DNA of 64,000 bases from Candidatus Saccharimonadota bacterium (lineage in GTDB: Bacteria; Patescibacteriota; Saccharimonadia; Saccharimonadales; OFTM59): NCBI GenBank assembly GCA_029260855.1, contig JAJDCK010000001.1, positions 1,705-65,704 on the forward strand, written 5' to 3'. The notes beneath the pieces were generated by a model that was not told where the DNA came from, did no database searches, and saw only the letters and a program-made list of their open reading frames with translations. Numbering within the stretch: the first letter of the stretch is position 1; the number at the start of each line of letters is the position of its first letter. The position numbers and the translations under genes were made by a program. Shown one piece after another: positions 54,657 to 64,000 of this stretch.

Positions 54657-57467
54657 CTACAGAGTTTTTTTCAGAAACTGCCCCGTATAGCTTTTGCCGT
54701 GTCTTGCAACAACATCTGGAGTCCCCTCAGCAACAATCTGACCACCCGCATCGCCACCTTCGGGACCCATGTCGATTACATGGTCCGCGTTTTTAATGAC
54801 ATCAATGTTATGCTCGATCACTATCATACTGTTGCCTGCGTCCACGAGCGCATGCAACACACTGAGCAGCTTATTAACATCAGCAACGTGTAGACCCGTC
54901 GTAGGTTCATCAAGTATATAAAGCGTACGCCCGGTCGGTCGGCGCGATAGCTCGGTAGCTAGCTTAACTCGCTGTGCCTCGCCACCAGATAAAGTAGTAG
55001 CGGGCTGCCCAAGTGTGATGTAGCCTAGGCCAACCTCTACTAAAGTCTGTAGCTTACGTGCTATTACTGGAATATTATTAAAAAATTCTGACGCAGTTTC
55101 GCAGGTCATTTCAAGAATGTCACTGATAGCCCTGCCTTTATAGTGGACTTCTAGAGCTTCACGGTTATAGCGCTTGCCTTTGCACATATCGCACGGCACG
55201 TATACGTCAGGCAAAAAATGCATCTCAATTTTTATGATGCCGTCACCGGCACAGTTTTCGCATCGTCCACCGCGGACATTGAAACTAAATCTACCCGGGC
55301 CATAGCCCCGGACCTTAGCTTCAGGCACACTGGCAAATAGTTCACGAATTGGGGTAAACAGCCCTGTATAGGTTGCGGGATTTGAGCGAGGGGTGCGTCC
55401 GATTGGTGACTGATCAATAATAATGGCTTTATCGAGGTGCTTTATACCTTCTATGTCGTCATGCCGCCCCGGTACAGTATTGGCGCGCATGAGTCGGGCC
55501 GACAGCTCTCTCGCTAGAATATCGTTGATCAAAGATGATTTGCCGGAGCCAGATACGCCACTCACAACCACCAGCTTACCCAAAGGAATACTGACGGTTA
55601 CGTCTTTTAGGTTATTCTCCTTCGCTCCTCGAATAATAAGCTGCTTGCCACTTCCGGGGCGTCGCTTTTTTGGAACAGGAATGTTTTTTTCACCACGCAA
55701 ATACTGCCCGGTGATACTGTTTTTTGACTTCGCTACTTCGCTTGGTTTTCCTTCGGCTACAATATGACCACCATGTATACCCGCTCCGGGGCCCATGTCG
55801 AGAAGATAATCTGCAGTTCGAATCGTTTCTTCGTCATGCTCAACTACAATTACTGTATTCCCCAGATCTCTTAGGTGCTTGAGTGTACGGATTAAGCGTT
55901 CATTGTCGCGCTGATGTAGCCCGATACTGGGTTCGTCCAACACATACAGAACCCCCTGAAGCCCAGAGCCAATCTGAGTAGCCAAGCGAATTCGCTGCGC
56001 CTCACCGCCTGAAAGTGTTACTGCACTGCGCGCAAGATTCAAGTAGTTGAGCCCTACATCCTGCATGAAAGTTAGGCGAGCGCGGATTTCTTTTAATATT
56101 TGGCGAGCTATCTGTGATTCTTTTGCATCAAGCTTCAGACCATCAAAAAACTTGATCGCCTCATCGATGCTTAGCTCGCAAATATCCATGACTGAAAGTT
56201 TGGCAACGGTAATAGCTAATACTTCCGGCCGAAGACGACGGCCATGGCATTCGTGACAAGGGCGCTCCCTCATAAAACGCTCTATGTCACGACGCATAAA
56301 ATCACTATCTGTTTCTTTATGGCGACGCTCTAGGTTCGGTATTACCCCTTCATAAGTTGTCTCAAACGAGCGCCCCATACTTAGGCTAACTTTGTATTTA
56401 TCGCTGCCGGTTCCGTAAAGGATTTTGTCCAAATCTTGCTGCCTAAGCTCACTTGTAGGCACACTAAGACTAAACCCGTATCTGTCCGCGACAGCTTGCA
56501 TTTTTTTCATATACCAGGCGTCAGCGTTGACGCGATTAAATGGACGAATTGCGCCTTCTGAGATTGTGAGCCGCCCGTTCGGTATCACTAGCTCAGGATC
56601 AACTTCCATACGTGAACCCAGCCCGGTACAAACTGGGCACGCACCATGCGGGCTGTTAAAACTAAACGTTCTAGGTTCTAGTTCTGGTATAGCCACATCC
56701 GGATGCTCAATGCATGCATACATCAAACTATAAATAAATTCTTCACCGCTATCGGCGTTAACGATTTTCAGTCGCCCGTCCGCAATATCAAGCGCCTGTT
56801 CTACGGACTGCGTTAGCCGGCTCTTCCCCTCGTCGTCATTAATTAACCGATCAACCACAAGATCAATTGTGTGTTTGAATTTTTTATCTAGCTCAGGGAA
56901 TTCATCCAGGGCGTAAACTACGCCATCCACACGCACGCGCGCAAACCCTGCTCGTTGATATTGTTCGGGTATATGCTCAAATGCCCCCTTTTTATCCATA
57001 ACTATGGGTGACAACACCATCAAGCGGACACCCTTGGGAAGCGAAGAAACTTTATCAACTATTGCAGTTGATGTCTGGCGCACAACTGGACGAGCACAAA
57101 TCGGGCAATGAGGTATGCCAACTCGCGCAAACAGCAAACGCAAATAATCATAAACTTCGGTTACGGTAGCTACCGTACTGCGCGGATTACGGGAGGTTGA
57201 TTTTTGGTCAATACTAATGGCTGGGCTGAGACCATCAATCTGGTCAACGTTGGGCTTTTCCATAAGGCCCAGGAACTGTCGGGCATAGCTACTAAGGGAT
57301 TCGACGTAGCGACGCTGCCCTTCAGCGTAGATAGTATCAAACGCTAAAGACGACTTACCGGACCCGCTGAGCCCAGTAATAACAACTAATTTACCGCGAG
57401 GAATCTCAACATTAACATTTTTCAGATTGTGTTCACGCGCACCCTGGACCTTTATAACGTCTCCCAT
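54657..57467 (-). CDS. uvrA: excinuclease ABC subunit A
   Basis: 936 aa with two ABC modules ([18 protein letters not shown]), zinc modules and LSGGE signatures. Confidence 0.95.
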   Translation of the reverse strand: MGDVIKVQGAREHNLKNVNVEIPRGKLVVITGLSGSGKSSLAFDTIYAEGQRRYVESLSSYARQFLGLMEKPNVDQIDGLSPAISIDQKSTSRNPRSTVATVTEVYDYLRLLFARVGIPHCPICARPVVRQTSTAIVDKVSSLPKGVRLMVLSPIVMDKKGAFEHIPEQYQRAGFARVRVDGVVYALDEFPELDKKFKHTIDLVVDRLINDDEGKSRLTQSVEQALDIADGRLKIVNADSGEEFIYSLMYACIEHPDVAIPELEPRTFSFNSPHGACPVCTGLGSRMEVDPELVIPNGRLTISEGAIRPFNRVNADAWYMKKMQAVADRYGFSLSVPTSELRQQDLDKILYGTGSDKYKVSLSMGRSFETTYEGVIPNLERRHKETDSDFMRRDIERFMRERPCHECHGRRLRPEVLAITVAKLSVMDICELSIDEAIKFFDGLKLDAKESQIARQILKEIRARLTFMQDVGLNYLNLARSAVTLSGGEAQRIRLATQIGSGLQGVLYVLDEPSIGLHQRDNERLIRTLKHLRDLGNTVIVVEHDEETIRTADYLLDMGPGAGIHGGHIVAEGKPSEVAKSKNSITGQYLRGEKNIPVPKKRRPGSGKQLIIRGAKENNLKDVTVSIPLGKLVVVSGVSGSGKSSLINDILARELSARLMRANTVPGRHDDIEGIKHLDKAIIIDQSPIGRTPRSNPATYTGLFTPIRELFASVPEAKVRGYGPGRFSFNVRGGRCENCAGDGIIKIEMHFLPDVYVPCDMCKGKRYNREALEVHYKGRAISDILEMTCETASEFFNNIPVIARKLQTLVEVGLGYITLGQPATTLSGGEAQRVKLATELSRRPTGRTLYILDEPTTGLHVADVNKLLSVLHALVDAGNSMIVIEHNIDVIKNADHVIDMGPEGGDAGGQIVAEGTPDVVARHGKSYTGQFLKKTL

Positions 57468-57552
57468 AAACCTCCTTTAGGGTCAGGAGAGTATAGCAAA
57501 AATCAGGGAAAGATTCCAGTCTTCTGAGCCGTACACCTCTGCAATAATGTTT

Positions 57553-58299
57553 TTATGTATTGATTAAATCACTGTTGGTATGAATCGAAACCTTACAGTC
57601 AAAATCACCAAGCGCCAGTCGGCCGATTGTAGGAATGTACTGCATAAGCTCCTCCCGCAGCAAATTTCTTTCGTCCCACGATGAATCCTCAGGGAATCTG
57701 GCCGATGGAATGCCTGGAGGTGACATATATGGCGATGCAGCTTTTTTAGACTGAGAATGTCCTATCAAAGCTCTTGCTAATATGCCAGCTTGATCTTTCA
57801 ACATATCAGTCACTGGTAAACTCTCAGACAACGTGAGCACTAGGTCCTTGGTGTTAAGTAAATAGTTCGGCTGAATCATCAAATCGTCACAACAAATTTG
57901 AACTCCTTCTTGTTTTGGTATGTCGTGCTGAAGACCGCTCTGTTCCAGGTTTCTGCGCAATTCACTTTTGTGTCTCCGGTTCGGGTTTAATTCATTTACA
58001 AGCCAGTTAAAGTTAGAGTGCACATTGAGTCGCAGTGGGGCTTGCAAGTAAAGAAGGGTTAGATGCGGCTTATCATTGACACTGAGCCTGGGCGATCCAG
58101 TATCCTGCACTAAGTATCGGGTTGTCGCTTTATCTCCACACTCAACGTTGTACGGAGTAGAGTATGAAGTTATTCCGTCATTACCAAAGATCTGATAGCC
58201 GTAGTGGTGTACCAGTCCAAGAAATTTGTCCAGCCCTCTAACTCGGCGGAATACTTCAAGAGAGCTATAGCCCTCTTGCTCTCGATTTGGTGATGCCAT
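57553..58299 (-). CDS. hypothetical protein
   Basis: 248-aa ORF containing KPHLTLLY. No confident family assignment. Confidence 0.5.
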   Translation of the reverse strand: MASPNREQEGYSSLEVFRRVRGLDKFLGLVHHYGYQIFGNDGITSYSTPYNVECGDKATTRYLVQDTGSPRLSVNDKPHLTLLYLQAPLRLNVHSNFNWLVNELNPNRRHKSELRRNLEQSGLQHDIPKQEGVQICCDDLMIQPNYLLNTKDLVLTLSESLPVTDMLKDQAGILARALIGHSQSKKAASPYMSPPGIPSARFPEDSSWDERNLLREELMQYIPTIGRLALGDFDCKVSIHTNSDLINT

Positions 58300-58357
58300 T
58301 ATAAGTAAGCTCGCATATTATTGCATTATATCAGTTTTATGACCTCGTTTTTAGAGC

Positions 58358-59236
58358 TCAGGTGTTTATGTTAACTATAGCTCTTGGGGGGTAAAAGGAT
58401 ATGTTGGGTGGAGGCAGGTCCGTATCTATTGTAGAATTGCCGTAAGCCCTAAAGACGGTTATATGAGGATAGAATCTCTGGACACTCCTGTCAATTACAC
58501 TAGGTTTAAAGTCTTCTTCGTACACTAGATAGTCTACTACTTCTTTTCTCTCAGTATGAATCTGGTCGTTGGCATCTAGGCCTACAGCATACTTAAAATG
58601 GCCCACTTTTTCTAGCACTTGGTTTACGGCATATCGAGCCGGCGTCCATAAAATTCGTGGGGAGCCTACGTCAGCTTGCTGGCGCTCTAAAATGGCAAGG
58701 CGTTCTTCCTCGGACCAACCATTAAGAAATTGCTTGCAGGGATTTTGTATTTGTTCTCCTGGCTTTGCTGCGCGACTATCCGAAAACTCCGCATCTACTT
58801 CGCTCAGGTTGACCTCAAGCATAAATCCAAAACCCCAACGATCTTCTCCTTCAGCGTGTTGATTAAATCGCTTTGCAAGCTGCCTCATGCGTTGTATAAC
58901 AGCGCGTCGGTCTTGAAATAACTTATCCTGGAATCCCAGGTTAATAGCAGTAGCGGTCACGAGAGTGCATCCCATGTCGCTCAATCGTCTTGGCTCACCC
59001 TTCCCATAATTTTTTTCACCTAGATCATCAAGGTAATCGTTCCAGACCTTTTTTTCTTCTACATCGCCATAGTTTACTTTTCGCACTATGCGCAATTCGG
59101 GCGATCGTAGCCCGCTTTTTACGGGATGATTGTCTTGGATACCCCTCATATCCTTATAAGTATCTCCACGATTTCGGTTGCCACTGCCCGTCATTTGCAT
59201 ACGTTGTGCCATGTATGTTTTACCCTCACCCACCAC
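58358..59236 (-). CDS. hypothetical protein
   Basis: 292-aa ORF containing YPHITVFRAY. No confident family assignment. Confidence 0.5.
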   Translation of the reverse strand: MVGEGKTYMAQRMQMTGSGNRNRGDTYKDMRGIQDNHPVKSGLRSPELRIVRKVNYGDVEEKKVWNDYLDDLGEKNYGKGEPRRLSDMGCTLVTATAINLGFQDKLFQDRRAVIQRMRQLAKRFNQHAEGEDRWGFGFMLEVNLSEVDAEFSDSRAAKPGEQIQNPCKQFLNGWSEEERLAILERQQADVGSPRILWTPARYAVNQVLEKVGHFKYAVGLDANDQIHTERKEVVDYLVYEEDFKPSVIDRSVQRFYPHITVFRAYGNSTIDTDLPPPNISFYPPRAIVNINT

Positions 59237-59451
59237 TTTGTTTTAAAGTTTTGAACTTATGTTCAGTGTAGCAGCATATGTTTCTGCCCGCTAGTATTTT
59301 TGTGTTAGGCTTGTTCGTGTTATGAATATTAAAGCCCCGATTCAGGGTCAGGAAGTTTTTTGGTCGCAATATTTGGGCGCCAGGGCTGTGAAATGACATT
59401 ACTTGGAAGTTACGTAGCCGGCAAATCATAAGAGAGGGGTATAGTATAGGG

Positions 59452-59868
59452 ATGCGACATGTGCGACAGATTATTTTAGATGGTCTTGGGATACTGCTCA
59501 TCTTGGCCGCGCCATTCCTCGGTATACTACCAGGCCCGGGTGGAATCTTAGTATTCGCAGCTGGCTTGTGGCTTTTAGGCCACAATCATGGCTGGGCCAA
59601 AAGATGGCTCGAAAAAACAAAACAAAAAAGCCTGAACTTGGTTGATAGCTTTTTTGTAAACAATCCGTTAGTTCAGGCTCTTTATGATCTTGTAGCCGTT
59701 TTATTAATAATACTTGGCGTGTATATACTAGATACGCGTAGCGGCACCATACCAATTACTTTTGCTAGTCTTTTCAATGTGCTTGGCTTAAGCGTAATTC
59801 TTGGCAACAGAAAACGACTTCAGCGCTTAACAAAGTATCTTTCCGAACTAACCAGTACCAAGAAATAA
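59452..59868 (+). CDS. PGPGW-type small membrane protein
   Basis: ILPGPGGILVFAAGLWLL motif and 3-4 TM helices. Preferred over the overlapping antisense ORF 59226..59585. Confidence 0.6.
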   Translation: MRHVRQIILDGLGILLILAAPFLGILPGPGGILVFAAGLWLLGHNHGWAKRWLEKTKQKSLNLVDSFFVNNPLVQALYDLVAVLLIILGVYILDTRSGTIPITFASLFNVLGLSVILGNRKRLQRLTKYLSELTSTKK

Positions 59869-60122
59869 TTTATAGCATAAGAATTTATAGAATATACTTG
59901 CTTTTTCTTCAATTACTGTATATTCTATACTAATTAATGGTGTGACGGTTATGCTAGAGTTCATCGTTCTTGGCCAAGTGCCTGGAACACATATTCAACT
60001 TACTTTTCCCCAAATACTTACCGTATCTGAACTATACATTCTGTGTTTACTGGTTTTGTATGAAATACATGTTCGGCGCAATATCGTACTTCGGCTCGGT
60101 GGTACAAAAATTCTGAAAAAAG

Positions 60123-61562
60123 CTATCCTAAATCTGAAGGCATAATTGACTGACCGTACAGTATCAGCTCGTCCAGTATGTAGTTCTGTTCCGGGCTCAA
60201 GCTCTGCCTGGCCTTTAATTCTTCAATCTGTCTAAAGTAGTCTGCCAAGCGACTCTTATTGCCACCCCCAAATAGTTTTTGTTCTTTATAAATATTCCAT
60301 TCGGCACGTTCCTTGTCTGTTAGATATTTATAAAAATTACGTGCTTTATATAGGGGCAAAAGAGCCTGAAGCCGCTGGTCCTTAAAGTTTACGTCCAGAC
60401 CCGCCAGGTCATCACTTCCGGCCGCACGTACGATACTCATTTTGGTTTTGTCCAAGTCGCCAAAGAAACCTTCATACAAACGAGCATCTACGTCATCTTC
60501 TGTTTCTAGTAATCGTGCCTGCTGCTTTTCGTCTAACAGCTCCAGGGCGTGCAAAACAGATCCAATAAATTCTTTGCTTTCCTTTAAAACCTTAAGGTTT
60601 TTTTTGATTTGTGCCATGTTAAGCCCTAGCCGCTCCCTGCTTGCTTCGTCTAGAACCGACAAAGGGGCAATGGCTGGACATCTGTTAAACTGTATGGTTT
60701 TAATTGGTAAGCGCGGATCTGAGGAGTCTTTTTTCCAGCGCCATGCTTCAGCAAGAGCAGGAGGCGATAGTTTCAGAAACGGGGTCGGGTCCTCTCGCAA
60801 GTCATATACCAGTGCACCTTTTCTTTTCGGGTGATCTGCAAGCTTACGTACAATGGTGGTTTTTTGGTGTTTGTGGTCATATTTTCCGGAAGTATAAATA
60901 AATGGCTGATCCCTGTTTACCAGTTCATCAACTTGGTTGCGCCCGCGCATACTAAGCAGAAAATCAAAAAGCTTTGGTTGTTTGTTCTTAATAAGCCTGG
61001 CTAGCGCCAGGGTTGCGTTGACATCACTAAGCGCATCATGGGCATCATGATGATCCAGGTTGTTGATAGCTGCCATCAGCTCTAAGCGACAGCTTGGCTT
61101 GCCTGTAGAGTCCACTGGCCACTCAATACCATCCGGTCTAAGCGCCCTGGTCATCCTAACTACATCTAGCAAATCCCAACGCGAACGACCCTCTTGCCAC
61201 TGCCATTCATACGGATCATAGAAATTGCGATAGTGTAAATAGCGCATAAACTCGTCATCAAACCGCACAGTGTTAAACCCAGCGAAGATAGTATCGGGCA
61301 CGACAACCTCGGCATGGAATATTCTTAAGAAATCCGCCTCTGTAATACCGTCAGCGCGGCTTTGCTGAGGAGTTATACCAGTCACAAGCACCGCTGCTGG
61401 GTCAGGTAGCACGTCATCACTTAACGCAACCAAGAAGTTGTAAGGGTTGCCTAGCGGTTTTAGGTCTAGGTCTGTACGTTGACCAGCAAACTGCACAATA
61501 CGCGCATTCCTAGGGTTGAACCCTGATGTTTCTAGGTCATAAAAGAAAAAACTGGTTGCCAT
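60123..61562 (-). CDS. sbcB: exodeoxyribonuclease I
   Basis: DEDDh exonuclease N-terminus (FFFYDLETSGFNP ... HDALSD) plus an SH3-like/helical C-terminus. 479 aa. Confidence 0.9.
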   Translation of the reverse strand: MATSFFFYDLETSGFNPRNARIVQFAGQRTDLDLKPLGNPYNFLVALSDDVLPDPAAVLVTGITPQQSRADGITEADFLRIFHAEVVVPDTIFAGFNTVRFDDEFMRYLHYRNFYDPYEWQWQEGRSRWDLLDVVRMTRALRPDGIEWPVDSTGKPSCRLELMAAINNLDHHDAHDALSDVNATLALARLIKNKQPKLFDFLLSMRGRNQVDELVNRDQPFIYTSGKYDHKHQKTTIVRKLADHPKRKGALVYDLREDPTPFLKLSPPALAEAWRWKKDSSDPRLPIKTIQFNRCPAIAPLSVLDEASRERLGLNMAQIKKNLKVLKESKEFIGSVLHALELLDEKQQARLLETEDDVDARLYEGFFGDLDKTKMSIVRAAGSDDLAGLDVNFKDQRLQALLPLYKARNFYKYLTDKERAEWNIYKEQKLFGGGNKSRLADYFRQIEELKARQSLSPEQNYILDELILYGQSIMPSDLG

Positions 61563-61641
61563 TGGGTACTAGTTTAGCACCCCCTAATTACACAGTCTTC
61601 ACTTATACACCTTTATGCTACAAGGATGCACGATTGATTTT

Positions 61642-62916
<1,275 letters not shown>

Positions 62917-62949
62917 TTAGTTAAGAGTACAGAGGTTAGGGGGTTGCGT

Positions 62950-64000
62950 CTAGTAGATAAACCGGTAGTTACTAAACTGGTCAGGGGTAATTGTGCGGTA
63001 AGTAACCCGACCCCACGACGGGTAGTTCATGTCTGATACCCGGAAAGAGCCGTCAGGATTTTCTTCCTCAACATATGCTACATGGCCGAGCCCACCGATA
63101 TTTGCATGCCACAAGACAGCTCCAGCAACAGGCTTAGTCCCTATGGTTAATCCTGAGCGCTGCGCTAAATAATACCAGCTAATAGCGTTACCAAGGTTTG
63201 TTGGCAGGGGCCTACCGGACTCAATACGGCGTCTGGCGGCATGCCAAGTACACCAGCCGTAGTCGTAGCCGTTACCACCGTAACGTGCGGTCATAGAGCC
63301 AACCGCAAAACTGTTGGCCGTTGCAGAGTAAATAGGACGTCTATTGGGCTGCACACCATCGGCAATAATGATACGGTCGCCTACTTGCAGGCCGCTTATT
63401 TCAGCATCGTTCATCTCAATCAATTTTTGCTTGTTAGCATTGTAGCGCTGCGACAAACTATCAACTGTATCCCCAGCCTTGACCACATAAACAATCCCGT
63501 TAGTTGGCGGAATAAACAGCTCCTGATTAGCTTGTAGATTATCGCCGCTCAGCCCGTTTGACCACCGTATTGAATCAGACGTAACACCAAACTTGGTGGC
63601 CAAACTCGCAACAGTGTCTCCTGGCTGGACTGCATACTTAGTGATGTCTTTTTTAGATTTAAGTTCGGTATTAACAATCTGGGGTTTGGCGACGACCGAG
63701 TTCTCTGCTGGCGAGACCGCTAGCTGCGCGTTTACACTGTCTGCATGATTTACCACGGCAACCGTTTCATCTAATCGCGTCATTTTAGCCACATGTACGG
63801 CAATGTCGGCTGAGGATAGCTGATCAAGCGGATTTGCAGGGGTGCCCGAATTAGCTGTTTTTGCAATTGCGTTATGAGCCACAGGACCTACCGCCGGGGA
63901 GTCGTTGGATACAAAAACAATAACCGCAGCCAGTAAAGCCAGATTTGCAAATAAAAGGCTATAGCGAACTACCCGTTTCTTAGAACGGTGGATATGCTTC
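62950..64000 (-). CDS. secreted or anchored peptidoglycan hydrolase: 2x LysM + CHAP domain; 5' end lies outside the window
   Basis: The frame stays open upstream of the GTG at 63882 through a TM/signal segment (YSLLFANLALLAAVIVFV) to the window edge. Two LysM repeats and a C-terminal Cys/His CHAP pattern (GWCTW ... GHVAYV). Confidence 0.8.
   Translation of the reverse strand, partial: KHIHRSKKRVVRYSLLFANLALLAAVIVFVSNDSPAVGPVAHNAIAKTANSGTPANPLDQLSSADIAVHVAKMTRLDETVAVVNHADSVNAQLAVSPAENSVVAKPQIVNTELKSKKDITKYAVQPGDTVASLATKFGVTSDSIRWSNGLSGDNLQANQELFIPPTNGIVYVVKAGDTVDSLSQRYNANKQKLIEMNDAEISGLQVGDRIIIADGVQPNRRPIYSATANSFAVGSMTARYGGNGYDYGWCTWHAARRRIESGRPLPTNLGNAISWYYLAQRSGLTIGTKPVAGAVLWHANIGGLGHVAYVEEENPDGSFRVSDMNYPSWGRVTYRTITPDQFSNYRFIY

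Noticed and set aside
59226-59585. 119-aa minus-strand ORF overlapping the PGPGW membrane protein gene
   Set aside because: Its Pro/Arg/Ile-rich translation is featureless and it overlaps the end of the 58358..59236 gene. The plus-strand ORF has a recognisable motif and TM helices.
59942-60145. 67-aa plus-strand ORF with a GTG start and a possible small membrane protein
   Set aside because: No RBS or family signature is present, and it overlaps the sbcB 3' end by 23 nt. It may be real, but I cannot support it.

Overview
This is a compact 64-kb bacterial chromosomal window with about 90% of its genes on the minus strand. It carries housekeeping genes (RNR, SOD, rpsP-trmD, rnc, nusB, leuS, ddl-murF, ligA, htpX-lemA, uvrA, uvrC, sbcB, obg) and many small orphan membrane proteins, but almost no biosynthesis. 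From that content I infer a small-genome, CPR/Saccharibacteria-like organism; this is not proven. I support 8 tRNA genes, all minus strand and all with an encoded CCA end. I also call two real genes below the ORF-track size cutoff: rpmF and a KGG-repeat stress protein. No rRNA or CRISPR array was found.

The accessory and most interesting part is about 30.4-43.2 kb.
- A large serine recombinase gene ends antisense inside an intact tRNA-Gly.
- Next to it lie a 600-bp ORF-free structured region and an RloC/PrrC-like ABC ATPase with a zinc-hook coiled coil, a candidate anticodon nuclease.
- The tRNA-Gly, tRNA-Val and tRNA-Leu(CAG) genes each carry partial self-duplications.
- A roughly 75-nt structured module that I cannot assign to any known RNA family occurs three times, each time directly after a truncated tRNA 5' fragment. 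Its stems covary and it has a conserved CUUG tetraloop.
- A free-standing LAGLIDADG endonuclease ORF runs into tRNA-Leu(GAG).

Elsewhere, the RNR is class Ic-like: R2 has Phe at the radical-Tyr site and Glu at the first metal ligand. A separate 69-aa CxxC-tailed protein is inserted between nrdA and nrdB, and NrdA lacks C-terminal cysteines.
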